The notes under the pieces are model-generated. The model did no database searches. It was not told the origin of the DNA and saw only the letters and a list, made by a program, of their open reading frames with translations. This document shows, in pieces, positions 47,890 through 58,683 of a stretch of 64,000 bases of DNA. This stretch comes from Cladosporium halotolerans (taxonomy: Eukaryota): NCBI RefSeq assembly GCF_011745625.1, contig NW_027191481.1:124001-188000 (forward strand). The letters are read 5' to 3'. Numbering within the stretch: the stretch's first letter is position 1; each line of letters begins with the position of its first letter. The translations under genes and the position numbers were made by a program.

Positions 47890-48880
47890 TCACGATCAAG
47901 GCTGTTGCGGAAATGATGCTGGAATGGCTGGCGTTTATTGACGACTGGGGCGGGCTGTGGTCTGATTCACGAGGATGGAAAAGCGAATCACTTGCGTGGC
48001 AGATGGTGTAGAGTAGACGCGCGATGGGTTGATTGAAAGTATTTTTTCCACTTTTTAGCTCTGCTTATTGTTCCTCCCAGACCCTTCCTCCCAAGAACGC
48101 GTCAAGTGCTTCCTTGATGCCTCTTTGCTTCCGAGTATCGATGCCCTTTACACGTTCGTCCCACGTCGAATCTGCAGTCCGCCGACTCGGTTATTGGATT
48201 CCTCATTGATTTGTTTGGGCATTACAATTCGTCTAATTCGTTACAGTCCGTCCCCGCCTTCTGCTTCCTTAGCGATATCTTGCCGCGCCGAATCCTCCGT
48301 TCTTTCGGCTTTGACGGCCTTGCGATCCCTTGAGACGCCGCTATACTCCCGCCGTACGACTCTTGCTCCTCGATCGCCAATGTGTGCCGGTCATCCGCGC
48401 GCAAAACCCCACAACATGCTTTTATTGCTTGCAAGTGTTTTCGGATCGCTGGTAATTGCTGCTTTTCAAGCGTCTGCTGGGGCCGTGGTTGTTGAAGGTT
48501 ACGGAGCGTACGATGGGCTGTGCGATCGCCATGCGTACGGGCAGCGGGGCCTTGAGACTGACGATGCGCATGCGTAACTATGCTGGATTCCCGCTTTTCA
48601 TTTCGTAATCCTGCCATTTGATGGGCCTTCCGATGAAATCGGTTGCGAGAGAGTGTGAGGATGATGAGGGTGGGTCGCCCGTTGGTCTGAGCGTTTCAGG
48701 TAAGTGAGGTGTGTCGTTTGGGAGACCTTCATCTCCAGGTAATTTTTCGTTGCGGGGCGTGTTGCTGATATGAAATCCAGGCCATCATAGCATGCTGTTT
48801 ATTCTGCTTCGTCGCGCAACCCATTCCGGCATCGTGCTCGCCGAGCCAGCGCCGAAGCGCAGGAACTCAGCCAGCGATTC

Positions 48881-49258
48881 TCAGTAATGGCTCTGGCTGC
48901 CCGCCCTCGACTCGACGTCCTGCGCCACCGGCCGCAGCTCGTACTTCCAGCCGTACTTGTGCAGCAGCTCCTGGCGGTTGCGGTCGCGCACCTGCGCCAT
49001 GTACGACGCCTGGCTGAGGTCGCTGACTTGGCCGTCGACGCCTTCGATGCCGGCGGAGTTGCGTCCCTGCCGCTGGCCCATGAAGCGGTGCGAGATGGCG
49101 AAGCCAACGAGGACTGCGAAGCCGGCGCCGACGATGACGAGGAAGGTGACGAGCACGCCGTTGAGAGCTGGTGGCTCGTTGGCTGCTTGGCCGGCCACTG
49201 CGAGGGGTTGGTTAGGTGGCTCGTTGGAGAGTGGGGTTTGAGGGGTGTTTCGCTTACT
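48881..49258 (-). CDS. Small single-pass membrane protein (105 aa) with an intron-split start codon
   Basis: A at 49258, intron 49198-49257 (GTAAGC..CTAAC..CAG), then TG at 49197-49196 gives the ATG. TM segment VLVTFLVIVGAGFAVLVGFAI. Strong GC3 codon bias. Confidence 0.8.
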   Translation of the reverse strand, partial: SKRNTPQTPLSNEPPNQPLAVAGQAANEPPALNGVLVTFLVIVGAGFAVLVGFAISHRFMGQRQGRNSAGIEGVDGQVSDLSQASYMAQVRDRNRQELLHKYGWKYELRPVAQDVESRAGSQSHY

Positions 49259-51558
49259 TGTTGATGGGTTGGGTGGGTCAAGAGGTGGATTGGAAGGTTG
49301 TGGTCAGCGGTGTTGCTGGTCCAGTGGTGAGAAGGAGGGATGCGCGAGGTCAGAGTCGCGCGGGTGGGTATATGCTGTCCGTGGACGGGGCGCGTTCACT
49401 GCTGACACGTGAAAAGGCGAGGTCGTATGCGAAGATTCGAATAGTGCGAAGAGTCAAGGAACATCGCATTCATCACAAGGAGCGTCGTATCAGTCGGAGT
49501 CGTATGGAATACAAAGGGAAGGCTCGAAGCGAGTCCGTGGCCACCGGAGGCAGGCGGCATGCGGTTGATGTAGCGCACGGCGGAGGCGCATAGGTACAAC
49601 ACACACACCCCATCCCTCGCACGCCCTGCGGCCGGCCACCACCCACCACGACACCCCAATGGGACGTGTCAGAAAGTCACACCACATGTGGGAAGCGCTG
49701 GGTCGCGGATGCAGGGCTGCCGCTGGCCCTGTCCAGTGATATGACCCCACTCTCGTCAGGCCGCCACGCGCTGATTGGCGGCGCGCGCGGTGGTGTTTGG
49801 TACGTACGGGTGGCTGAGCTGAGCTTGTCTTCGCTACCGCACACCAACCTCAAATCTAGACACGCGGTATACGAGCCGCCCGCGTGGCAGGAGAATAATG
49901 CAATGCAGGTCGGCTGTACGGATGCTTACCCGCATCGTTGCAACAGTCGCATGCCGTAGCACATCTTGGAGCGCTTTGCACATACGCGATTTCCTTCGAA
50001 TGGCCGAACTCGCTTCTCAGCAGTCAGTCGCAACCAGTCTTTTTGCCAAAGAAACACCAGACATGCTATTGGTATGCGCCCGTCAAGATGTGTGAATGTT
50101 GTCAAAGCCTCGGCAGGGGGATGCGATGCGAGAAAGGTCATGGTTGCTTGCGCGTCCGGGATCCGCTACTTCCGGGCATCAAAAGCAGCATTCTTCGGAA
50201 CACAAACCCAGTGCGGGCCGCGCGTATCGACCACTTTTGCCTAGGCGGCTTTCTTGACATCTAAAAATGTCTTTTTCCTTTTTATCACTGGGCTGACATG
50301 CCAATTGCGATGGCGGTAGGTAGTTTTGTGCCATTTATGCCTGGAGCACTCACTCATCTTATCGGCCGTGAATATGCTCAGCCAACCGGTCGGGTATCAG
50401 AGGCAAATCGACAACATGGATCGATAACACCGGCAGTCACCACGCAGGTAGCTCCGATACGGCCGCTTCCATGCAAGCATTACCTGAGGTCATTATCTCT
50501 TCGTGTTATGACAACGAACTGCAGCGCGTGAGTCGCGTTCGCGTTCGCGCTTTCCCCGCTTGCAGCTTTCCAACCTCACCTCTAAGGCTCTACCTGCGTA
50601 CCAACGACACAAGTAACATTATATCCTCTGCACAAGATGTCGCTCGCTCTATCAATGCAGTTTCTACGTGATTCAAATCCGGTCGATCAGGATCGCGAAC
50701 GCCGAGATAGGCTTAGAGGTCCCATGATGCTTACCAGCTTTCAGGAAGATCGCGGAACCACCGATTTTGTGTTTTGACCTACGTGGTCGCGAACTTCTTC
50801 ATGCAAGGTCAACCAGAAGTCCTCGGAATTGACACGCGATGTTTCAAAGTAAAAGTATCCCTGCCCGCGCCGCCGTTGTGTGCTTTCTTTCTCGCCTAGC
50901 CAGTTTCTTCTCCGGTCAAGCTCTATAGCCGCCATCTTATACTTGCACTGGTGGGCTCTGAAGCGTCGACGTCACATAAGATTGCTGATGAGCAGAAAAG
51001 ACTTTTGGTGTCCTCCAGGCTTGTATGATAGAAATAGCGCGCAGCGACTCTGCTCACGGCGGGCCCAGGCCACCTGTATGATTGGCGTATAGTATCCACG
51101 GACCCCACCACATTCAGCGGACGCGTTTAAGCCTTGGGCAAAGCCATTTTCTGGTAAGTATGCCACTTGCCAGGAACGGTAACGAGATCAACCAGCTGCA
51201 CGGCAATATCCGTCGTGCGGCGTTCGGAACGTTCACTGTCAATGCTTCACCTGCAGGGGTTTTCTACTTCCTTGCATTACCTTGCTTCACATTGGTGATT
51301 TCTGTATCAAGCTTGTTTGTCTGAGGGGTAAAACGATCATTGATGCCGCAATGGAGAGACCGGCTCAGGGGCTGCTTTGCTGCAGAATGAATCCAGGGCG
51401 TTTCGCTGATGCTATTCGACTCTCGTTTCAACATCAGGATCGCTCTTCTGTTTGTACTAAGCGTGGAAACACCACAGTAGCCTCGCGGAAAGACTGCGCA
51501 AAGCAAGTCAAATTCTGGTAATCCTTTTCTGCAGCACAATTCCTCAAGAAGCGCAGAG

Positions 51559-54543
51559 ATGACTACATTACGTCTCATCGTTGCAATCCTTGGGGTGCTC
51601 TCGCCAAATCTAGCTGCTGCTGCGCCGGTACCCCAAGAATCTTCAGAATACATCATTGTCAACTCATACGAGTTCCCGGACCAGTCGACGCTCGATGCCG
51701 CTGTCAAAGGGGGCTCCTGGCACCAAAGCAAGAATGACCCAGCAGCCTACTGGACCTCCGAAAGGCGCGACGTGGACAAGCTGAATGCTACGCATGTGCC
51801 CTACGTCTACAACGTAGAAAAATCGAATAGACGCCACATCGTGTTTGCTGGTATTATAGTCTATGGAGAGCCGGATCCTTGGAAGTTCAAACCAAACCCA
51901 CAGATTTCAGGCGTCAACACTGCAAATATCAAACCTCCTCCAGGCGCCCCAAACCCTGGCCCTCCGATTACAGAAGCAGTGCCCCATTGCACACCAATGA
52001 CCCCGGAGCAGGTGCCTCGGCCTCCGCAAGGCCCATCAACTGTACCCCATCATACTCCACCGCAGGAAGTCACTTTGCCACAAGAAGTCAGGCCACCTCA
52101 CACCGTGCCGCAGGGCACTAGGCCTCAGTCGAACACGCCGCAGGAACCGAGACCGCCACAAGAGCAGCCAAACACTCCTCAACAAGAGCCTAGGCCTCAG
52201 AATCCGAACGAAGGTAGACCTCCACCTGCACCCGAGCAGCCTCAGCCTCAGCAACATGGATCTCCTGAGACGGCACCGCAACAACCACCCGCACCCGAGC
52301 AACCAAGACCCCAGCACCCTGCTGAGCAGCCTAACCCGAATGCAAACCCAGATCCTCATCCAAACGAACCTCCAGCAACGGAACCGCTTAAGCCCCAGCC
52401 GAAGCCAGAAAACCCGAATCCCCAGCCAGCTCCTGAGCAGCCAAATCCTCCGTCTCAACCAGAGCCACAACCACACCAGAATCCACCTCCTGGCACGGAG
52501 CAGCCGCGTCCGGCGGAGCCTCCGCGTGGCCCAGAGCAGCAACCAAAGCCGCAGCCAAACCCGGAGCAGCCGCCACCGAAGCCAGTACCGGAACCAGTGG
52601 AGCCTCAACCCAACCCTCCGTCTTCACCTGAGCAGCCTAAGAATCCACCCCCGCCTGAACAACGCATTGACAATGGAGGACCGAAGTCAAGACCTGACTC
52701 TCCCGAACCAGAACCACACGAAGTCGAGCCACCTACGCAGGACTCCGCTAAGCCTCAGAATGTGGACAATGCGAAGCCAGATCCGAAGGACGTGAAGCCT
52801 GAATCTCCAAGACCTGACTCTCCGCGACCTGAGTCGCCCAAGCCGGATAATATTAGCCCTGAGCCCAACTCACCGAAACCTGAGCCTCAGAAAGCGAATG
52901 AGGTGAAACCTGACGTGGATGGCCCAAAGCCTGAGTCTCCCAAACCTGACCAAAATGCCCCAAAGCCTGATTCTCCGGGACCGGACGGGGCGAAGCCTGG
53001 GGCCGACGGTCCAAAACCTGAGCCTCCGCAAGCGAACGATGTGAAACCCGACACGGACAACACGAAGCCTGGGTCTCCGAAACCTGATCAAAATGCTCCA
53101 AAGCCTGAACCTCCAGGGCGTGACGGAGTGAAGCCTGGGGCCGACGGCCCAAAACCTGAGCCTCCGAAGCCTGAAGCTGACGCTCTCAAAGCTGAGACAC
53201 CCAAACCTGACTCTCCCAAACCTGACAACATCGATTCTGATACGCGCCGGCCCAAACCTGACTCTCTGAAGTCTGAGCCCGACGCACTCAAACCTGAGCC
53301 TCCGAGAGCCGACTCCCCCCGACTTGACTCTAAGATAGATGGTCCGAAGCCTGAACCTCCAAAAGCTGATTCGCCAAAACTTGAGCCTCTCAGGCATGAT
53401 TCACCAAAGCCGGAACCTCCAAAAACACCTGGCAATGGTCTTGACCCTCAGCCTCCAAGACCCAATCCTCCAAAGCCGGGCTCAGATGTTCTTCCCAATA
53501 CTCCAAAGGAAGTGCCAAGGCCTCCTTCTCCAATGGAAGGCGGCACTGGCCCAAGACCCATTGGAGACGTTCCCGACCTTCCCAAACCTAACACCCCCAA
53601 ACCCCCGAAGAATGTGGGGAACTCGTTTACCAACGGAGGCTCTAACACTGGCTCCTCTTTCCCCTACCCTGGGTCCTCTTCGCGAGGAAGCGGGTACACC
53701 GGGAGACATTGGGACAGTCCAATCAGACCCAACGAAGGGTTCAGGAGACCGCTCGATCCAATGTCTTGGATGGACCAAGCTCAGGGTTACGACATTAACG
53801 CCATAGAGCAAAGGCTTCACGGAGAAGGGGTCAAGCCAAAACATTGGGAGCCGTCGACGATGGAGCAGCTCGATGGGGCTATTTTCGAGGGCCCCCGCAA
53901 CGTTGATCAGCTTCCCGATAACATCGATGGCAGGAAATTTGGCGAGGAGATGGCAAAGAAAAAGAAGGGCTTGTGGAAGAAATTTCTCGAAGCTGTCGAG
54001 AAGATTTGGAAATGGGTCAAGGAAAATGTGCGGTGGTTGCTCAACAAGATCTCGTCCGGCTTTGGTACTAAGATTGTTGGATATCTAGACAACATCGCGA
54101 GCGCGATGGGCAAGGCGCTCGGGCCAGCTCTTCATGTGCTGGAAAAGGCTGGGAAGGCCATCGCCAGGGGCTGGAAGGCCATTGCTGGGGCTCGTATTGG
54201 CCGAATCTTGAGCAGGTCGTTTCCCTGGCTCTTTCGGCTGGGGAACAAGTTCATGACGAAAGTCGGCGGCCCTACACTCCTGGTTTTGGGAGCTATCATC
54301 GACACCATCGACCTCGGGCTGTCGACTTGGTGCGCTGTGGAGCTGGGGAAAAAGACCTTCGGGCCAGACCCCTTCGGCTACAAGATGAGCCCGTATTGCC
54401 GGCAGATGGAGAAGGATATCGAATGGTTTTGGGAGGCTTATACCTGGATCGGAAGGCAGATGTGTAAGGTCTTGCCTTTCACATATGAGAGCATGCGCCG
54501 TTACGAAGGTTTCCTCGAGTGGAAAAAGGAAGTAGGCCTGTAG
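51559..54543 (+). CDS. Secreted 994-aa protein with a small N-domain, a long Pro/Gln/Lys/Glu/Asp repeat stalk and an amphipathic helical C-domain
   Basis: Single long ORF with signal peptide MTTLRLIVAILGVLSPNLAAA, PEQP repeats followed by PKPE/PKPD repeats, and a Trp/Lys-rich C-terminal region of about 190 aa. Confidence 0.85.
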   Translation: MTTLRLIVAILGVLSPNLAAAAPVPQESSEYIIVNSYEFPDQSTLDAAVKGGSWHQSKNDPAAYWTSERRDVDKLNATHVPYVYNVEKSNRRHIVFAGIIVYGEPDPWKFKPNPQISGVNTANIKPPPGAPNPGPPITEAVPHCTPMTPEQVPRPPQGPSTVPHHTPPQEVTLPQEVRPPHTVPQGTRPQSNTPQEPRPPQEQPNTPQQEPRPQNPNEGRPPPAPEQPQPQQHGSPETAPQQPPAPEQPRPQHPAEQPNPNANPDPHPNEPPATEPLKPQPKPENPNPQPAPEQPNPPSQPEPQPHQNPPPGTEQPRPAEPPRGPEQQPKPQPNPEQPPPKPVPEPVEPQPNPPSSPEQPKNPPPPEQRIDNGGPKSRPDSPEPEPHEVEPPTQDSAKPQNVDNAKPDPKDVKPESPRPDSPRPESPKPDNISPEPNSPKPEPQKANEVKPDVDGPKPESPKPDQNAPKPDSPGPDGAKPGADGPKPEPPQANDVKPDTDNTKPGSPKPDQNAPKPEPPGRDGVKPGADGPKPEPPKPEADALKAETPKPDSPKPDNIDSDTRRPKPDSLKSEPDALKPEPPRADSPRLDSKIDGPKPEPPKADSPKLEPLRHDSPKPEPPKTPGNGLDPQPPRPNPPKPGSDVLPNTPKEVPRPPSPMEGGTGPRPIGDVPDLPKPNTPKPPKNVGNSFTNGGSNTGSSFPYPGSSSRGSGYTGRHWDSPIRPNEGFRRPLDPMSWMDQAQGYDINAIEQRLHGEGVKPKHWEPSTMEQLDGAIFEGPRNVDQLPDNIDGRKFGEEMAKKKKGLWKKFLEAVEKIWKWVKENVRWLLNKISSGFGTKIVGYLDNIASAMGKALGPALHVLEKAGKAIARGWKAIAGARIGRILSRSFPWLFRLGNKFMTKVGGPTLLVLGAIIDTIDLGLSTWCAVELGKKTFGPDPFGYKMSPYCRQMEKDIEWFWEAYTWIGRQMCKVLPFTYESMRRYEGFLEWKKEVGL
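52877..53166 (+). repeat. 138-bp (46-aa) tandem duplication within the PKP[E/D] repeat array
   Basis: GAAGCCTGGGGCCGACGG occurs at 52992 and 53130. ANEVKPD at 52894 pairs with ANDVKPD at 53032. Confidence 0.85.
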
Positions 54544-55334
54544 ACGTGTCTTTAGCCGATTGGTCGGTCTACAAATAACCCTCCAATGTCAACTAGGAGC
54601 GTTGGGTTCTAGCGAATTTTTGATAGCAACGAAGCTACATAATGGGTAATAGATTGTCCTTCGCTAGCTTCGACAGTGCCTTCAATGTGACTTTAAACAT
54701 GCTACAACCTTAAGAGAGGATGATGGCAGACTCTCGTAGCCAAACGTCAGATGACGATCCTACACATAGGGACGTTTAGAGATAATCCTCGTTATGAATT
54801 TCGTACCTCATTCAGGCGCTGATGCTGGCACTTCAATCATGGGTCGGCAATGGCCAATTGAGGTGGTATCTGATGATAGAGCAAGGCTTCGACGAGCCGC
54901 GTGCCAGTCTCGGTCTGACGCGCATGGAATGCTGCAGGCTCGCGGTCAGGTAGGTTTGATTGGCTTTGGAGGGGGAGCTGCACAGCAGGAGGCTTGTGCG
55001 CGCTGCGCGGTTTGTGATTGCCCTCCAACGGCCACTGCTGTTTGCTGCCATGCACCTCTACACCCTCTATCTGCATGGCCAAACAGTGAAGTCTGCCCAC
55101 CGAAGGACGAATCCCACCTTCGTCAAGGCCAACGCCACTCGGCGGCAATCGACTCTTCTATTACTCTCCTTCCCGTGTATATCTCTGGTTCAGTCTTCTC
55201 GAAACGACGCGCGAGAGGAACACGCTCAGGCTCCACTTTCCACAACGCGTCTGCAGCCACTCACATCGCCTCACGACCAGCGAACAACACAATAACACGC
55301 ATTTTCAACCGCTTCTCAAGGCACGCAAAAGCAC

Positions 55335-57947
55335 ATGGCGCGTCCTCTGAGCGCCGACATGACGCGTGAGCCCTCCGTCGACTCCTCCGTGCTGTCCACC
55401 ATCCACGTCCACGCGTCAGAGGAGGACAGCTCTTCCGACCGCGTGCCGGCTTCAACGCCTCCCACCAGCCTCGGGGACTCCAGCAGCGTCGGCTCCGTCA
55501 AGGGCGCCACCGCTCCCTCCCACCAAGATCCACCCACCATGGCCATCGCCGAGGAAGACGCCCCCGCCGGCCGCAGATCGCGCCGCTCCAGGGCCAGCGT
55601 CAATTACAACCTCACCGAGCTGTCCAACGCCCAGGTCGTCGAGAGCGCCAATGCAAGCCGCAATGTCTCTGGCCTGACCGGACGCACGCTCGTCAGCGCC
55701 GCGGACGACGACGACCAAGAGCACTCCCCGGGCACCTCCTTCGGCGACAAGGTCGAGAAGGCCATGCAGATGGACTGGGAGATTCCTGAGGACCTGCCGC
55801 CTCGCCCGGCTTCCGGCGCCACGTTGCAGCGCAAGACGAGCGTCCGCGACCGCGTCAAGAAGGCCGCGGGCAAGGTTGGCTCGGTGCTCGGCAAGCGATC
55901 GCGCGAGATGATGGAGGCCGGCAAGAGGAAGGTCGGAGAACTCAAAGGCGGGAACGACAGGCACAGCAAGTACCTGAAGGAGCTGGACACGGGCGTTAAG
56001 GGCGTGCTGGACGAGATGGACTTCGACCTCGACGATGAGGAGGAGAAGGAGAAAGTGAGGCCCGCGAAGAAGGCTAAGAAGGAAAAGGCGCAGGCTGCGG
56101 TGAAGCCTGTCGCGCCGCCGTTGGTCAAGACTTCCAGTGCTTTTGGCAATGTTACCGCGAAGAAAGGCAAGCGGTGGCAGAGGGAGGGTCTGTACGTGGG
56201 CCAGAGTATAGACACCGACGGCACGCAGCCCGGATCAAAGAAGAAGCTGCAGAAGAAGAGGCCAGGTTCTTCGGGATCTGCTGGAACCCTTGACTCTCAA
56301 GCGTCGCGAGCCAAGCGGACAATGATGCCTATGCCCATGTTTGGGTACCTGGGAGAGGAAAAACAGGTCGATTTCAAGATTCCTTACGACATCTTTGCAC
56401 CGACCTTCAAGAAGGGCGACGCGAAGCCGAAAGACTGGACCGACAAGCCGAACCGCCAGAACCGTATTGTGGGCGACGCAAGGGAGATCTGGTTCAAGAA
56501 AGGAAGCCTCGCACAATCGCTATGCATTTGCCAACCTCCTGCAGAAGGAGAACAAGGCTGCGACTACGACTGCCTCAACCGCGCCATGCACTACGAATGC
56601 AACGAAAACAACTGCAACCTCAACGGCGTCGGCTGCAGCAACCGACCATTCGCCCAGCTCAACGCTCGTATCAAGAAAGGCGGACCCTACGACATTGGCG
56701 TCGAGGTGGTCAAGACGACCAACCGCGGCTTCGGCGTGCGAGCCTGCCGCACTTTCGCTCCTGGCGAAATCATCATGGAGTACACGGGCGAGATCATCAC
56801 GGAATACGAGTGCGAGCGCCGCATGACCGAGATCTACAGCAAGAGCGACAACTACTATCTGATGCAGTTCGACCGCGGATTGGTCATCGACGGAACGAAA
56901 GGTAGCATGGGTCGTTTTGTCAACCATTCGTGCGCGCCGAACTGTGAGGTCCGCATGATGAGAGGCGCCGACGATAGGCCGCACATGGGCATCTTCGCGG
57001 GTGATGACGGCGTCGTGACTGGCGAGGAGTTGACCTATGATTACAACTTCGACAACTTCGGCTCTTCGCAGCAGACGTGCCACTGCGGCGCGTCTTCTTG
57101 CAGAGGCTTCCTGTCGAAGCGTCTGAATGCTGTTGAACAGAAGCTACGCGACAAAGAGGAGAAGGAGCGGCAACGCAAGGCTGCAGAGGAGGCCATGAGG
57201 AACGCGGAGGCTGCTGTCCAGGCGAAGAAGGAGAAGGATGAGAGAGGTCCGGGCTGGAGGGGCTGGCTTGACCTGACGGATCGCCAGGTCAGGGAGCAGT
57301 TGAAGAAGGAGAAGCAGGAGAAGGAAGAGGCGGCGAAGAACTCCGACCGCGCCAGACGTATGGCCGCCAGGCGAGGAGAGTACGTCCCGCCGCTTCCCAA
57401 GAAGGAAGAGCAGACCCCAGAGAAGCCCGCTACCGAGTTCAAAAAGCCCGCACGCAACTCCAGCCGTCGCCACACTTCAACCTCGACGATCAACACCCAG
57501 AAGTCCACCATCCGCAAAGTTCCCACTTCACCAGGCCAAGCGGCTCCCGAGCATCCGTCCATGACTCCCAAACCGAAGCGTCCAGGCCACAACCGAACCA
57601 ACTCGGCTGTGTCTGCCACCGGCTCCCGCTTTAGAGAGGAAATAAACTCGCATCGAGCCCGCCCAACCTCCTCCGGAAGCGCGACCGCGGCTCTCCTCCA
57701 GCAGGCTTCCTTCGCCGTCTCCGACAACGAGGATGACGAGAACGATAATGTCACCCTCGCCGCGACGTCTTCCAAGACCGATCAGAGCAAGAAGCGCAAA
57801 CTAGGCAACGCGTTGAAGAACGTCGCTGGCGCTGTGGGCATCGGGCGCGGGGGCAAACGTCCAGAGTCCTCGAGCAGCAGCGGCGTCAAGAAGGCGACGC
57901 CCGGCAAGCTTAGGCAGAGTACGCTGAGCTTTGCAAGGTCGATGTAA
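55335..57947 (+). CDS. ash1: AWS-SET-PostSET histone lysine methyltransferase of the fungal Ash1 type (H3K36)
   Basis: WQREGLYVGQ, AWS CDYDCLNRAMHYEC, RGFGVRA, EYTGEII, RFVNHSCAPNC, ELTYDYNF and post-SET CHCGASSCRGFL. No WW or SRI domain, which argues against Set2. Confidence 0.88.
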   Translation: MARPLSADMTREPSVDSSVLSTIHVHASEEDSSSDRVPASTPPTSLGDSSSVGSVKGATAPSHQDPPTMAIAEEDAPAGRRSRRSRASVNYNLTELSNAQVVESANASRNVSGLTGRTLVSAADDDDQEHSPGTSFGDKVEKAMQMDWEIPEDLPPRPASGATLQRKTSVRDRVKKAAGKVGSVLGKRSREMMEAGKRKVGELKGGNDRHSKYLKELDTGVKGVLDEMDFDLDDEEEKEKVRPAKKAKKEKAQAAVKPVAPPLVKTSSAFGNVTAKKGKRWQREGLYVGQSIDTDGTQPGSKKKLQKKRPGSSGSAGTLDSQASRAKRTMMPMPMFGYLGEEKQVDFKIPYDIFAPTFKKGDAKPKDWTDKPNRQNRIVGDAREIWFKKGSLAQSLCICQPPAEGEQGCDYDCLNRAMHYECNENNCNLNGVGCSNRPFAQLNARIKKGGPYDIGVEVVKTTNRGFGVRACRTFAPGEIIMEYTGEIITEYECERRMTEIYSKSDNYYLMQFDRGLVIDGTKGSMGRFVNHSCAPNCEVRMMRGADDRPHMGIFAGDDGVVTGEELTYDYNFDNFGSSQQTCHCGASSCRGFLSKRLNAVEQKLRDKEEKERQRKAAEEAMRNAEAAVQAKKEKDERGPGWRGWLDLTDRQVREQLKKEKQEKEEAAKNSDRARRMAARRGEYVPPLPKKEEQTPEKPATEFKKPARNSSRRHTSTSTINTQKSTIRKVPTSPGQAAPEHPSMTPKPKRPGHNRTNSAVSATGSRFREEINSHRARPTSSGSATAALLQQASFAVSDNEDDENDNVTLAATSSKTDQSKKRKLGNALKNVAGAVGIGRGGKRPESSSSSGVKKATPGKLRQSTLSFARSM

Positions 57948-58512
57948 GAGGGCTCACAGACCGGTTTTCAAGATCTCTATGTGCTTGTTTTCATGTTTCG
58001 ATTTGGGATTTTTCAGGCGCACGTATGGTTTCTAATGGCACTCAAGATGAGTGCTGCATGTGGGTGGATCATTATTTCACGGTATCATTACTTGCAGTAC
58101 GAGTGCTTTTCTCGCGATTTCGGGGTTGGCAGGCAATGCATGGCATAGGGCAGCATTCGGTAGTGGAGTATTTGCATCTTTTGCACGTCACACCTTTCTC
58201 GACTCAGATCTTTATTTCTATGTCATGAATGTTATAAATAGATGGCTCTATTTCTGGCTCGAAAATCGTGAGGTACTGAGAAAACGAAGCATCTAGAGCA
58301 AGTAGTCAGGGAGTCGTGCACGGGATGTTCCTCGAATCGATCGCACCCGCCCATACACGACGACACAACGCAAAGGCGCAACACCTAGGTCTTGGTCCAA
58401 GATGGCCAAGCGTATCTCGGGACGGACAACACTCCGATCGTCGCGCTCAGGTTGCAACGGAGGTCACCGTAGCGCGTCCTTGGCTCATCTAATTGCTCGT
58501 TTCAATGCCCAG

Positions 58513-58563
58513 AATCTGATTAGCCTGAAATCTAATCAGATTTTTCACATTGTCGATCTTATC
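58513..58563. promoter_or_regulatory. Candidate SreA/Urbs1-type iron-responsive GATA elements
   Basis: Perfect 11-bp inverted repeat AATCTGATTAG(58513-58523)-N8-CTAATCAGATT(58532-58542) plus GATAAG on the minus strand at 58558-58563, about 120-170 bp upstream of the siderophore transporter ATG. Confidence 0.7.
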
Positions 58564-58683
58564 AATCGGACCATTCTCATCCAACATTGTGCCCGTACTT
58601 TTCTGGTTATTCATTGTGATATAGACATTTCCTTTTCGTTGCTGCTTTTTGAATTCCCATTCGAAAGAAGACATTCTCGCGGA

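Noticed and set aside
48068..48617. ORFs of 131 and 169 aa downstream of Sec24
   Set aside because: No recognisable motifs and no codon bias like that of the neighbouring genes.
52700..53470. Repeat array as a possible CRISPR or non-coding minisatellite
   Set aside because: The repeats are in-frame coding units with synonymous variation and no unique spacers, and the context is eukaryotic.
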